The notes beneath the pieces were generated by a model. That model saw only the letters and a list, made by a program, of their open reading frames with translations, ran no database searches and was not told where the DNA came from. Made by a program: the position numbers and the translations under genes. A stretch of 51,818 nucleotides of DNA. Source: Bacteroidota bacterium (GTDB taxonomy: Bacteria > Bacteroidota > Ignavibacteria > Palsa-1295). Location of the stretch: assembly GCA_021825235.1 (NCBI GenBank), contig JAKAIL010000001.1, positions 1 through 51,818 on the forward strand. Reading direction: 5' to 3'. Numbering within the stretch: the first letter of the stretch is position 1; each line of letters opens with the position of its first letter. Positions 18,220 through 27,465 of the stretch are shown piece by piece.

Positions 18220-20010
18220 TCAGCCCAAATCGCCTCGGAATGCCTCCATATATTGCTTCACCCGTTCGGTGAACTGAACGGCATAAAGCCCATCGATGAG
18301 CCGGTGATCGTGCGAAAGCCCCAGGAACATCATGGAACGGATGGCGATGTAATCATTCCCATCCTCATCGGTCTTTACGACGGGCCGCTTCACAATCGCT
18401 CCCGTCGTCATGATCGCAAGGTTCGGCTGGTTGATGATTGGCGTTGACAGAATATTGCCGAACATTCCGGGGTTCGTTAGAGTGAAGGTTCCACCCGAAA
18501 TATCGTCCGGTGTCAACTTCTTTGTGCGAGCTTTATTGGCGAGTTCGTTGACCGCCCCCGCAAGCCCCGCAAGACTTAAGCGATCGGCATTCTTAATCAC
18601 TGGAACAATAAGCGCGGGCGGCAACGGTGAACCTTCCTGCTTCGGCATGGCCACGGCAATACCGAAGTTTATCTCATTGCGAACAATGATGTTGTTTCCT
18701 TCGATGGATGAATTGATGAATGGAAACTCGCGGAGTGCCTTGATCATGCACTCGAGGAAAATTGGTGTGAGGGTAAGGCGCACACCGTACCTCTGCTCGA
18801 AGCTTTCTTTGTTTTTCTTCTGATAATTTATAATGTTGGTTACATCCACTTCGCTGATCGACGTAACATGCGGACTGGTATGCACGGAGCGCACCATGTG
18901 CTCGGCAATACGCTGGCGGATATTGTCCATCGGAATGATGGTAACTGCTTCGCCGCTGGCAGCGAACGCCGGAGCCGGCATAGGTTGCGGCGCGGGTGCA
19001 GTAAAAGTTGGCGGTTGCTGTGGCTGGAGTGCCGGCGCCGAAGGGGCCTGGTACTTAGGGACCGCGCCAGATTTGCGCGCCGAGACATACTGGAGCATGT
19101 CATTCTTGTTTACGCGGCCGCCCATACCGCTGCCCGGAATTCGGGAAAGCTCTTCAGGCGATACGCCTTCGGTCTTCGCAATATTCTTGACCAATGGGGA
19201 ATAAAAACGGTCGTTCCTGGCTTGCGTGGCCCGTGCTTCAACCTGGTCCTCCGGCTGTGGAGCAGGTGCAGGTTGTGCAACCGGCCTTGCAGGCTGCACG
19301 GTTGCTTGCAGCGCTGGAATGGGCATTGGAGCGGGTGCGGGTTCCTCTTGCCGCTTTTCTGTCCTTCCCGTCGCTGCCGATGTTGAAGCCGACAAGCCTC
19401 CGGAGATATAGGCTATCGTGGCCCCAACCGCAACGGTCTCTTTTTCCCTGGCTACGATTTTGGAAAGCATTCCTGCAAAGGGTGCCGGAACTTCCGTATC
19501 CACCTTATCGGTAGAAATTTCGAGGATTGGTTCGTCCTTCTCGACTTTGTCTCCTTCTTTCTTGAGCCAACGCAGTACCGTACCTTCGGCGATGGACTCG
19601 CCCATCTTCGGCATTACCACTGCCTGTCCGCCCGATTGCCCATTCGAAGATGACGCGGCAACAGGGGCCGGTGCTTGGACAACCGGAGCAGGGGCTGGAG
19701 GAGGCACAGCAGGCTGTACGACGGGTTTCGGAGGCTCGGCGGCTTGCTTTGCGGCGGGCGCGGTCGCTTCGCCATTCGTTCCGATGGAGGCAATCGGCTC
19801 GCCGACCGCGATGGTCTGCTTTTCCTGAGCAAGTATCTTCAAAAGCTTGCCTTCGACCGGCGATGGTACTTCCGTATCGACCTTGTCGGTGGAGATTTCC
19901 AGAATCGGCTCGTCCTTCTGGACGGAATCCCCTTCTTTTTTGAGCCAGCGTAATATTGTGCCTTCCGTGATTGACTCGCCCATTTTGGGCATTACGACAT
20001 TCGTTGCCAT
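18220..20010 (-). CDS. 2-oxo acid dehydrogenase E2 component (dihydrolipoamide acyltransferase) with two lipoyl domains
   Basis: There are two copies of VVMPKMGESI.EGT.LRWLKKEGD...EISTDKVDTEVP (lipoyl-lysine motif), then Ala/Pro linkers, a peripheral-subunit-binding domain (SPLVKNIAKTEGV) and the catalytic motif LSHDHRLIDG. No E1 or E3 genes are in the window. Confidence 0.92.
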   Translation of the reverse strand: MATNVVMPKMGESITEGTILRWLKKEGDSVQKDEPILEISTDKVDTEVPSPVEGKLLKILAQEKQTIAVGEPIASIGTNGEATAPAAKQAAEPPKPVVQPAVPPPAPAPVVQAPAPVAASSSNGQSGGQAVVMPKMGESIAEGTVLRWLKKEGDKVEKDEPILEISTDKVDTEVPAPFAGMLSKIVAREKETVAVGATIAYISGGLSASTSAATGRTEKRQEEPAPAPMPIPALQATVQPARPVAQPAPAPQPEDQVEARATQARNDRFYSPLVKNIAKTEGVSPEELSRIPGSGMGGRVNKNDMLQYVSARKSGAVPKYQAPSAPALQPQQPPTFTAPAPQPMPAPAFAASGEAVTIIPMDNIRQRIAEHMVRSVHTSPHVTSISEVDVTNIINYQKKNKESFEQRYGVRLTLTPIFLECMIKALREFPFINSSIEGNNIIVRNEINFGIAVAMPKQEGSPLPPALIVPVIKNADRLSLAGLAGAVNELANKARTKKLTPDDISGGTFTLTNPGMFGNILSTPIINQPNLAIMTTGAIVKRPVVKTDEDGNDYIAIRSMMFLGLSHDHRLIDGLYAVQFTERVKQYMEAFRGDLG

Positions 20011-20101
20011 GATGTGAGGTTAAAATTCTAACAAAAGTCAGGCCCTAAACACAATTTTGCTTCAAAGGCTTCCATATTCGTAGTCCTGACTTCAATGCAA
20101 C

Positions 20102-20509
20102 CTACAACGTTCGAGGATCCCAGAAATGCTTCTCCAGGTCAACCAATTCGCCTTTGAAGGTAATACCCTCCCGCCGTAGCATCGAACGCATTCGGCCATA
20201 ACCGCCAAAATGATGCGCCCCAGATAGTACTCCAATCCGATTGATAACGCGCTGTGCCGGCACGTCCGAATCTTCCGGCAGAGCGCTCAAAGCCTGTCCT
20301 ACCATGCGCGAGGAGCGTTTCATTCCCAAGACGTCGGCAATCGCACCATAGGTCGTCACCTTTCCCACCGGGATTTGTTCTACGATTTTGTACACCCTTG
20401 CGTAAAAGCTGGGCAAAGTCTTTTTGCCCTCACTGTTTACGAAGTTATCTACCGGACTAATTGGACCTTGGCGTCCTTTCGGTCGTTTCGATCTTTCAGG
20501 AAAACCCAT
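20102..20509 (-). CDS. MGMT-family DNA-binding protein lacking the acceptor cysteine (alkyltransferase-like, ATL)
   Basis: YARVYKIVEQIPVGKVTTYGAIADVLG...VPAQRVINRIGVLSG aligns with the MGMT C-terminal domain, but the PCHRV active site reads PAQRV. Confidence 0.75.
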   Translation of the reverse strand: MGFPERSKRPKGRQGPISPVDNFVNSEGKKTLPSFYARVYKIVEQIPVGKVTTYGAIADVLGMKRSSRMVGQALSALPEDSDVPAQRVINRIGVLSGAHHFGGYGRMRSMLRREGITFKGELVDLEKHFWDPRTL

Positions 20510-21831
20510 TGCGAAATCCTAAAATAGCGATTATCGGTGGAGGTATAAGCGGCCTTGCGGCGGCGGTACACCTTCTCGAGCATGGTTACCGAAACGTTAC
20601 GCTTTACGAAGCCCGTCACGAAGCCGGTGGCCGCACCCGCTCTTACCTGGATTCCACCACTGGCGATATTCTCGACAACGGCCAGCACCTGATGATGGGA
20701 TGTTACCATGCCACCCTCGAATATTTGCGTGCGATTGGTTCAAGCAATCTCGTTCATCGCACCCCACTTGCTATTGCATTTCACGAGCCGGGCAAATCAC
20801 CGGCCCGCTTCGAGATCCACCGCAGACTTGCTCCTTCCATTAACCTCCTCGCAGGATTATGGAGTTCAAATTTGCTTTCTCGGAGCGAGAAAATTGCCGC
20901 AATTAGGCTCGGGCTCGCAATAAAAAATAATCGAGTAAACGCTTCTGGAAGCTGCAAGGAGTTTTTCGAAGCAAGGAAGCAGCCTTCCAAGCTTATCCGG
21001 AAGTTGTGGGCACCTATTGTGCTCGCAGCCATTAATTCTCCGCTCGAACTGGCAAGTGCGGAAGTGTTTGTCAATATATTCCGTGAAATTTTCCTTACCG
21101 GTCATGAAGGAAGTGACCTGTTATTCCCTTCTGTCGGACTTTCAGAACTTCTGATCGATCCGGCGATACGAATGCTTCAAGCACATGGTATATGCGTCCG
21201 CTTTTCGGCACCCGTCCGAGAGATAAAATATGAAGGTGACTCACTACGTGTATCCGGAAACAATCAAGTGGAAGTATATGATTCAGTGATTTTTTGCGGA
21301 CAGTCTGATGATCCATTACCGGAATCAATCAGTTCAAACCTTCCTCGAGTAGAATACTCTCCGATTGTTAATGCTTATTTCTGGTTGGACCGTATGGTAT
21401 TAAATAGCCCTATCCATGCGTTCCTTGGCACGACCTTACAATGGGCTTTCCCGAAGCCGACTGCCTACGCTTCGCATCGGCTCGCACTCACTGTTAGTGC
21501 GGCTTCGGAGCTGACCGCATTAACAAACGAGAAAATTCGAGATATGCTTTGGTCCGATCTTCAAAGCGCAGTTTCAGCTGCACGTACGGCAAAACTTCTG
21601 CATTTTCAAATTATTCGGGAAAAGCGTGCTACACCAATGCTGACGCCGCAAGTCCAGCAGCATCGTCCGGGCGCTTCAACCTCAATTCCGGGGTTATTCC
21701 TTGCCGGAGATATAGTTCAAAATGGCCTTTCCGCGACCATTGAAGGGGCAATTCGTAACGGAGTGGCGGCTGCGGGGTTAGTACTACGGTCCACTCGAGC
21801 CGTCGAGATGCGGGAAATCGAGAGGCATTAG
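20509..21831 (+). CDS. FAD-dependent oxidoreductase of the amine oxidase/phytoene desaturase superfamily (HpnE-like)
   Basis: The dinucleotide-binding start is KIAIIGGGISGLAAAVHLLEHGYRNVTLYEARHEAGGR, with the C-terminal FAD motif GLFLAGD. Start uncertain: the ORF track starts at 20461, and TTG 20509 is the closest start before the Rossmann motif. Confidence 0.75.
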   Translation: MRNPKIAIIGGGISGLAAAVHLLEHGYRNVTLYEARHEAGGRTRSYLDSTTGDILDNGQHLMMGCYHATLEYLRAIGSSNLVHRTPLAIAFHEPGKSPARFEIHRRLAPSINLLAGLWSSNLLSRSEKIAAIRLGLAIKNNRVNASGSCKEFFEARKQPSKLIRKLWAPIVLAAINSPLELASAEVFVNIFREIFLTGHEGSDLLFPSVGLSELLIDPAIRMLQAHGICVRFSAPVREIKYEGDSLRVSGNNQVEVYDSVIFCGQSDDPLPESISSNLPRVEYSPIVNAYFWLDRMVLNSPIHAFLGTTLQWAFPKPTAYASHRLALTVSAASELTALTNEKIRDMLWSDLQSAVSAARTAKLLHFQIIREKRATPMLTPQVQQHRPGASTSIPGLFLAGDIVQNGLSATIEGAIRNGVAAAGLVLRSTRAVEMREIERH

Positions 21832-21953
21832 TCGAGTATGAAGAATTTTTATGCCAAATTAAACCATCCATCTCATTAAAATCTCCGTATAGTCACGGAA
21901 GATATTTTCGCAACTTCAGAAAAAAAAATATTCTAACACCACAAAAGAAGAAT

Positions 21954-23342
21954 ATGGCGGAACCTACCATCATCGAACCAAAACCCATAGCGGACGGTAC
22001 CCTTCGAAAAGCAGCTCCCCCGCCTCCGCATGTGATGAAAAAAGTTACACTGGGTCAGTCCAAACGGAGAGTAAATCCGGCAGTTATCGTTCTCGGAATT
22101 CTCGTTTTTGCGGTGGCCTTTTGGTACTTCCTACTCCGAAAGCCTGCAGCCGCTCCGGTCGTGGTCCGATATGCCGCCGTGGATACGGGTGATATTTCCC
22201 GCGGTGTTACGGCAACCGGAACCCTCCAGGCAACGACGACGGTGCAAGTTGGCAGCCAAATTTCCGGATTAGTAAAAAAGATTTACGCAGATTTTAACAC
22301 AAGAGTCAAGGCGGGTCAGCTACTGGCGCTTCTCGATACGACTCCGTATTCGGCCGCACTAGCGCAGTCCGAGGCAACCGTTCAGAAAGCGAAGGCGGAT
22401 GTGGATTTAGCCATTGCTAACGAGGCCCGTGAACGAAAGTTGCTCGCAGCGAAACTCGTCGCTCAATCGGACTACGATGTAACCCTCAATGCACTTCGAG
22501 ATGCACGCGCCACGTATTCCCAGGATTCTGCTCAGCACGAGCAGGCAAAGGTTAATCTGGGCTACACGCATATTCGCTCACCAGTAGATGGCGTCGTGCA
22601 GGCACGCGATGTCGATAGCGGCCAAACGGTTGCCGCGGGACTTAACGTTACGACGATGTTCGTCATTGCTGAAGACTTGACTAAAATGCAGGTCGCAGCG
22701 GCGGTAGACGAAGCCGATATCGGTAGTGTTGCGGTTGGCCAACCGGTCAATTTTACCGTCGAAGCGTATCCCAGTGAAATATTCCAGGGAACCGTAACCC
22801 AGGTGCGCATTAATCCGGTGACCACGAATAATGTGGTAACTTATACCGTTATTATTACGACGCCGAACCCCGATGAACGACTGCTTCCCGGAATGACGGC
22901 AACGGTGAATATCATTAATGCCAGTAGGACGAACGTGATGCGAATTCCGGTGGCTGCGACTCGTTTCGTTCCACCATCAGGCTTTTTAGCGTCGATGGGT
23001 GTTACGGGCTCGGATACCGCACGGCCAAAGCGCATCCGTACTCCAGGAGATACTTCCCACCATCGAATGCCTACTTTAGGAACCACCGGTGGCCCACCAG
23101 AAGAGAATCGCCCCACCTTTTCGACCGTATATCTTAGGACTGGTCCAGGCAATGCCCCTAAATTGGAACTGGTCCGGGTGATGGGTGGCCTTTCCGATGG
23201 TAACTATACGGAGGTACTCAAGAGCACACCGCCTCTCCATCCTGGCGATAGCATTGTGGTAGCCGCATTTTCCATGGGTGGAAACACCGCCGCATCTAAC
23301 GGTTCTCCTTACTCACGGCCCGGGATGATGGTCCATCACTAA
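21954..23342 (+). CDS. efflux transporter periplasmic adaptor subunit (HlyD/MacA family)
   Basis: N-terminal membrane anchor, a lipoyl-like half (ISGLVKKIYADFNTRVKAGQLLALLD), a coiled-coil hairpin, a second half (IRSPVDGVV), then beta-barrel and MP domains. Confidence 0.88.
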   Translation: MAEPTIIEPKPIADGTLRKAAPPPPHVMKKVTLGQSKRRVNPAVIVLGILVFAVAFWYFLLRKPAAAPVVVRYAAVDTGDISRGVTATGTLQATTTVQVGSQISGLVKKIYADFNTRVKAGQLLALLDTTPYSAALAQSEATVQKAKADVDLAIANEARERKLLAAKLVAQSDYDVTLNALRDARATYSQDSAQHEQAKVNLGYTHIRSPVDGVVQARDVDSGQTVAAGLNVTTMFVIAEDLTKMQVAAAVDEADIGSVAVGQPVNFTVEAYPSEIFQGTVTQVRINPVTTNNVVTYTVIITTPNPDERLLPGMTATVNIINASRTNVMRIPVAATRFVPPSGFLASMGVTGSDTARPKRIRTPGDTSHHRMPTLGTTGGPPEENRPTFSTVYLRTGPGNAPKLELVRVMGGLSDGNYTEVLKSTPPLHPGDSIVVAAFSMGGNTAASNGSPYSRPGMMVHH

Positions 23343-23361
23343 GCTATAGCAAACGCAGTCC

Positions 23362-24585
23362 ATGTTTACCCAGGTTATCAATAGCGTGACTATGGCATTT
23401 CAGTCGCTCGCATCGAACAAGGTGCGGGCGGCTCTGACTATGCTCGGCATTATCATCGGTGTAGGGGCGGTGATCACGATGACGGCTATCGGTCAAGGGG
23501 CCTCCCAGGCGGTTGCAAACCAAATCAACGCGATGGGAACGAATGCACTGATGATCTTTCCCGGTGCTACGAATTTGGGCGGCATTTCTTCCGGCCAGGG
23601 CGGAAGTGTCCATCTGACCGAAGACGATGCCAATGCCCTTCGAAAGTCCACCTGGCTCGAGGCGGTTTCCCCTATCGTTAATACCAGCGCGCAAATCATT
23701 GCGGGCAGCAATAACTGGGCCACCCACGTTACCGGCGCTACGCCGGACTATTTCACAATTCGTAATTGGCCGATCGTCAACGGCAGTGCCTTTACCGATG
23801 CCGATGCGCGTACCGGAACCAAAGTCTGCGTACTCGGTCAGACCGTCGCAACCAATCTGTTTGGGGAAGGTGTCGATCCCGTCGGCCAGATGATTCGCAT
23901 CAAGAACGAGCCGTTTACAGTGGTCGGTCTTTTAGAAGAGAAAGGTGCCAATGCATTCGGCCAGGACCAGGACGACATCGTGATTGCTCCGTTCGCGACC
24001 GTGCAAAAACGGTTGATGGGTATCACCTGGGTCAATATGATCATGGCGAGTTCCATTTCCGCGGAAGCAACCACTCCGGCCACGCAGGACATCACAGCTA
24101 TTTTGCGGCAGCAGCATAAGTTGCTTCCCTCGGATGACAATGACTTTCAAATTCGATCCCAGGTAGAAATTGAGCAAGCGGCACAGCAGAGTACGGCCAC
24201 CATGACCAACCTTTTGAGCGCTGCGGCTATCATTTCCCTGCTCGTTGGCGGCATTGGTATTATGAACATCATGCTCGTGAGCGTTACCGAGCGGACTCGC
24301 GAAATTGGTATTCGCAAGTCCATTGGCGCTAAGCAGATGAACATTCTGCTTCAGTTTTTGACGGAAGCAATCACCTTAAGCCTGGTCGGCGGAATTGTTG
24401 GCGTTATTCTTGGCTACATTGCATCCTCCTTCGTTTCGAAATCGAATGGCTGGGTGCTGGTTATTTCACCACAAGCGGTGGGGCTCTCTTTCGCGGCAGC
24501 ATCCTTTGTGGGAATCTTCTTCGGATGGTATCCGGCGCGAAAGGCCGCACGGTTGAACCCGATCGAGGCCTTGCGATACGAATAA
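23362..24585 (+). CDS. MacB-like ABC transporter permease (MacB periplasmic core domain + FtsX)
   Basis: The layout is TM1 (ALTMLGIIIGVGAVITM), a large periplasmic domain, then three C-terminal TMs with the motif SVTERTREIGIRKSIGA. There is no fused or adjacent ATPase. Confidence 0.88.
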   Translation: MFTQVINSVTMAFQSLASNKVRAALTMLGIIIGVGAVITMTAIGQGASQAVANQINAMGTNALMIFPGATNLGGISSGQGGSVHLTEDDANALRKSTWLEAVSPIVNTSAQIIAGSNNWATHVTGATPDYFTIRNWPIVNGSAFTDADARTGTKVCVLGQTVATNLFGEGVDPVGQMIRIKNEPFTVVGLLEEKGANAFGQDQDDIVIAPFATVQKRLMGITWVNMIMASSISAEATTPATQDITAILRQQHKLLPSDDNDFQIRSQVEIEQAAQQSTATMTNLLSAAAIISLLVGGIGIMNIMLVSVTERTREIGIRKSIGAKQMNILLQFLTEAITLSLVGGIVGVILGYIASSFVSKSNGWVLVISPQAVGLSFAAASFVGIFFGWYPARKAARLNPIEALRYE

Positions 24586-24591
24586 TGGCCA

Positions 24592-25074
24592 TCAGGGCGC
24601 CGTCCCCACTCTCGGCTTCCCCAATCGCACAAATAGCCGCATGTACTTATCGGACTGCGAGAATTCGCTTGTGCCATCCTCCGTTTCCCACCGGTGATAC
24701 ACGAGCGTTTCATCACTAAAGACGACACCTCGACCAAAACATCGTTCCAAATAGGACTGGAGTACATCGCGCAAGCCGAGATACGCGCCACCTCCCAATG
24801 GGAACCAGTTAATTTCGATGGTCCGCACGCGGTGATCTGCAATCTGTAGCTGAATGTAGGCCGGCTGACCGAAAATCTGTACCGAATCGGATTCGAGAAT
24901 AATAATGGAATCCACATGAAGGGTGTCATGCCGCAAAGCCACGCGATGCATGAGCCAAAAGGCGGAATCCTCCGGCATGGCAACATGAAACCCGGCAAAG
25001 GCAGGACGCGGCGGTAGATAATGCTCCGCCGGGGCAACGAATGCAGCGAGCACTGCCATGGCGAGAAACATCAC
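24592..25074 (-). CDS. hypothetical secreted protein
   Basis: Signal-like MMFLAMAVLAAFVAPA. Its ATG overlaps the stop of the upstream 25071-26495 gene by 4 nt (ATGA). I chose it over the alternative frame 24414-25037. Confidence 0.5.
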   Translation of the reverse strand: MMFLAMAVLAAFVAPAEHYLPPRPAFAGFHVAMPEDSAFWLMHRVALRHDTLHVDSIIILESDSVQIFGQPAYIQLQIADHRVRTIEINWFPLGGGAYLGLRDVLQSYLERCFGRGVVFSDETLVYHRWETEDGTSEFSQSDKYMRLFVRLGKPRVGTAP

Positions 25075-26456
25075 AACGATTGCTTAACCTCGATTACGCG
25101 CCCATTGATGATGCCGACAAACTCCACATGCTTTCCATCGGGCGACCAGCCAATCCGGCCAATTCGCTCGAACAACGGTGAGCGCCTGCCGTTAGCAACG
25201 ACAAAGAATTTCTTATGCTCCCCAGCGGCGATATAGGCGATGTGCTTTTCATCCGGCGACCAAATAACATCGACCACAGCGCTCGTCCGGGCAAGAACTT
25301 TTTTGTCGAGATAAAACCGCGCGGAATGATAGTCCAGGGTATAGGCGATATGCTTACCACTTGGGCTCATGAAGAGAACGGTCATACCGGGAAATGGTCC
25401 GGCAAACACTTTTCCGTCATAGACGACAACCGCGCGGCGTTCGTCCTGTCCTTTGTGAGTCACTTTGGGATCGCAGGCAATATAGGCCAGGTGCTGCCCG
25501 GTACTATCGATCAGGAACTGACTCGCCCATCGGTATAATCCCTGATCGTGCCCATTAAAGTTCACATAGACCCGTGACGTGTCTGCGGCAAGTGAGGAAT
25601 ACGCTGTCTTCTCCACCTGCGCCACGTGCTCGAAGTGATAATCGTAATCGCGCCCTTCGAAGATTTTGTGGTTAATCGTTACATCCGGCGAGTAGCGCCA
25701 GATCGTCGCGTCGTACGAAGATGTTGCGGATGGCGTGGGCCACCGATATAGGAGCATTGCCGAATCTGATGCATCCGTCATCAGATTTTCGAGCAAGCCA
25801 TTCGTCGTACGGTACGCCCAATGCTGTTCATCGTCCGAGAACGAAAATTGGTGCGGGAACGGCTCGTTTTCGCGGACCAGCTTTCCATCCACAAGCACAA
25901 AATCTCTTGGGACATCCTGTTTTTGATTTGCTGCCGGCAGTAAAGCCGCCCAATGCTCTCCGTCCCGCGAGAACTCCAGCGAAGGGTAATCGCTCACCGC
26001 GTGAAAGAGGAGCGATGTATCGCGATACACATCGGCCATCGTGGAATCGAAGTCCATCTGGGTGAACGCATGCATGAGGCCCGTCCAGATCAGGAAATCC
26101 CCGTGCGGGCTGAGCCGCGTTCCAGTCGCCGAAATCTCATGGTATCGTTTCGGAAATTGGTGGCCATCAATTGTAATGTATTGCCAATGCGCAAATTCAT
26201 CTACGACGTACCAGTGGGAGCCGTCCGGCGTGGCGTCCATATTTTTTATAGATCGAGCTTCATCGAGGTGATACAGAGTATCCTCCGTCACTTTCGCCGG
26301 GCGAAATAGTTTTTCCGCCCCATTTTCTCGAATATATGGCACGGTGGCAATATTTATCAGGTGCTGGGCAATCGCAGCATTCGCAAAAATAGAAGTAAGA
26401 AAAAAGGCGAAGGCGAACCGAAGCGAGAACGCGAGGTTCGAGATACGAATGGTCAT
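25071..26456 (-). CDS. secreted beta-propeller-like repeat protein (PD40/TolB-type repeats)
   Basis: Signal peptide MTIRISNLAFSLRFAFAFFLTSIFANAAIAQ (ATG 26456; the ORF track starts at GTG 26495). Recurrent SPDG.H.AY-type blades are TPDGSHWYVV, SRDGEHWAAL, SDDEQHWAYR, DSTGQHLAYI, SPSGKHIAYT, SPDEKHIAYI and SPDGKHVEFV. Confidence 0.6.
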   Translation of the reverse strand: MTIRISNLAFSLRFAFAFFLTSIFANAAIAQHLINIATVPYIRENGAEKLFRPAKVTEDTLYHLDEARSIKNMDATPDGSHWYVVDEFAHWQYITIDGHQFPKRYHEISATGTRLSPHGDFLIWTGLMHAFTQMDFDSTMADVYRDTSLLFHAVSDYPSLEFSRDGEHWAALLPAANQKQDVPRDFVLVDGKLVRENEPFPHQFSFSDDEQHWAYRTTNGLLENLMTDASDSAMLLYRWPTPSATSSYDATIWRYSPDVTINHKIFEGRDYDYHFEHVAQVEKTAYSSLAADTSRVYVNFNGHDQGLYRWASQFLIDSTGQHLAYIACDPKVTHKGQDERRAVVVYDGKVFAGPFPGMTVLFMSPSGKHIAYTLDYHSARFYLDKKVLARTSAVVDVIWSPDEKHIAYIAAGEHKKFFVVANGRRSPLFERIGRIGWSPDGKHVEFVGIINGRVIEVKQSL

Positions 26457-26507
26457 CGCGCACCGTAACACTGGCAAACGGTGCAAAGGCTCCACAAAAA
26501 CGATGGC

Positions 26508-27368
26508 CTACACCGAAAGCAACCGTTTCGCGCGCACGATCTCCTTCTCCTGCTGCTTTGTGACCTTCGGATACTCAAGATCAAGCGATTTCAGCGTCCG
26601 GACGAGAATATCCCCAATGGCCACCCGCGTGTACCATTTGTGATCTGACGGGATAACGTACCAGGGAGCGTAATCCGTGCTGGTATGGCGAAGCATATCT
26701 TCATAGGCCGTCATATAGTCCTTCCAGAACGTCCGTTCGTACACATCGGCGCTCGATATCTTGTAGTTTTTATCTTTCTCGTCGATTCGTGCCAACAAGC
26801 GCTTTCGCTGCTCTTCCTTAGAGATATGAAGATGAAACTTCACGACAACGATCCCATTATTGGTAAGATACTTCTCGATGGCATTGATATCCTCGTAGCG
26901 TTCCTTCCATAAATCCTTTTTTATTGCGCCCTTCGGCAGCTTTTCATTCCCGAGCAGTTCGGGATGGACCCGAACAACCAGAACCTCCTCATAATAAGAG
27001 CGATTAAAGATTCCAATCCGCCCACGCTCCGGTAAATGGCGCAGCGCGCGCCACATAAAATCATGGTTCAATTCTTCCGCGCTTGGAACCCGGAAATTAT
27101 GGACATCGATGCCCTGCGGGTTAACGCCGGTAAGCACATGCTTGATGGCTCCGTCTTTTCCGGCCGTGTCCATCGCTTGCAGAATCATAAGCACTCCCTG
27201 ACGCCCTTGTGCAAAGAGCATTGCTTGCAATTCAGCGAGATCCTGAATGTCCTGTGCGAGTTTCGATTCCGCGCTCTGCTTGGAACGAAATCCCGGCGTC
27301 TTCTTGGTCTCGACTTCCTCGAGAGAAAAATTGCTATGTGGCGTAACGCGAAAATGGTCTTCTGTCAT
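26508..27368 (-). CDS. ppk2: polyphosphate kinase 2 family protein (polyphosphate:nucleotide phosphotransferase)
   Basis: ILQAMDTAGKDGAIKHV (Walker A-like), FMWRALRHLPERGRIGIFNRSYYEEV and a lid region followed by YAPWYVIPSDHKW are typical single-domain PPK2 motifs. Confidence 0.9.
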   Translation of the reverse strand: MTEDHFRVTPHSNFSLEEVETKKTPGFRSKQSAESKLAQDIQDLAELQAMLFAQGRQGVLMILQAMDTAGKDGAIKHVLTGVNPQGIDVHNFRVPSAEELNHDFMWRALRHLPERGRIGIFNRSYYEEVLVVRVHPELLGNEKLPKGAIKKDLWKERYEDINAIEKYLTNNGIVVVKFHLHISKEEQRKRLLARIDEKDKNYKISSADVYERTFWKDYMTAYEDMLRHTSTDYAPWYVIPSDHKWYTRVAIGDILVRTLKSLDLEYPKVTKQQEKEIVRAKRLLSV

Positions 27369-27465
27369 GGCAATGAAATGATTTTTGGAAAGAGATTGAA
27401 TTATCTTTTGCGTTCGTGCGTTCCCCGCACCTTTCTCGCAATCTGTTCAACGAGCACGACCTTCC

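Noticed and set aside
18410-19953. A series of Ala/Gly/Pro/Arg-rich ORFs on both strands across the E2 gene.
   Set aside because: They are generated by the repetitive Ala/Pro linker and lipoyl-domain duplication of the E2 gene. None has an independent signature.
24414-25037. 207-aa ORF in an alternative frame overlapping macB 3' end and the 24592-25074 ORF.
   Set aside because: It would overlap the MacB-like gene by 170 nt. The 24592-25074 frame has a signal peptide and a 4-nt coupled start with the upstream gene.
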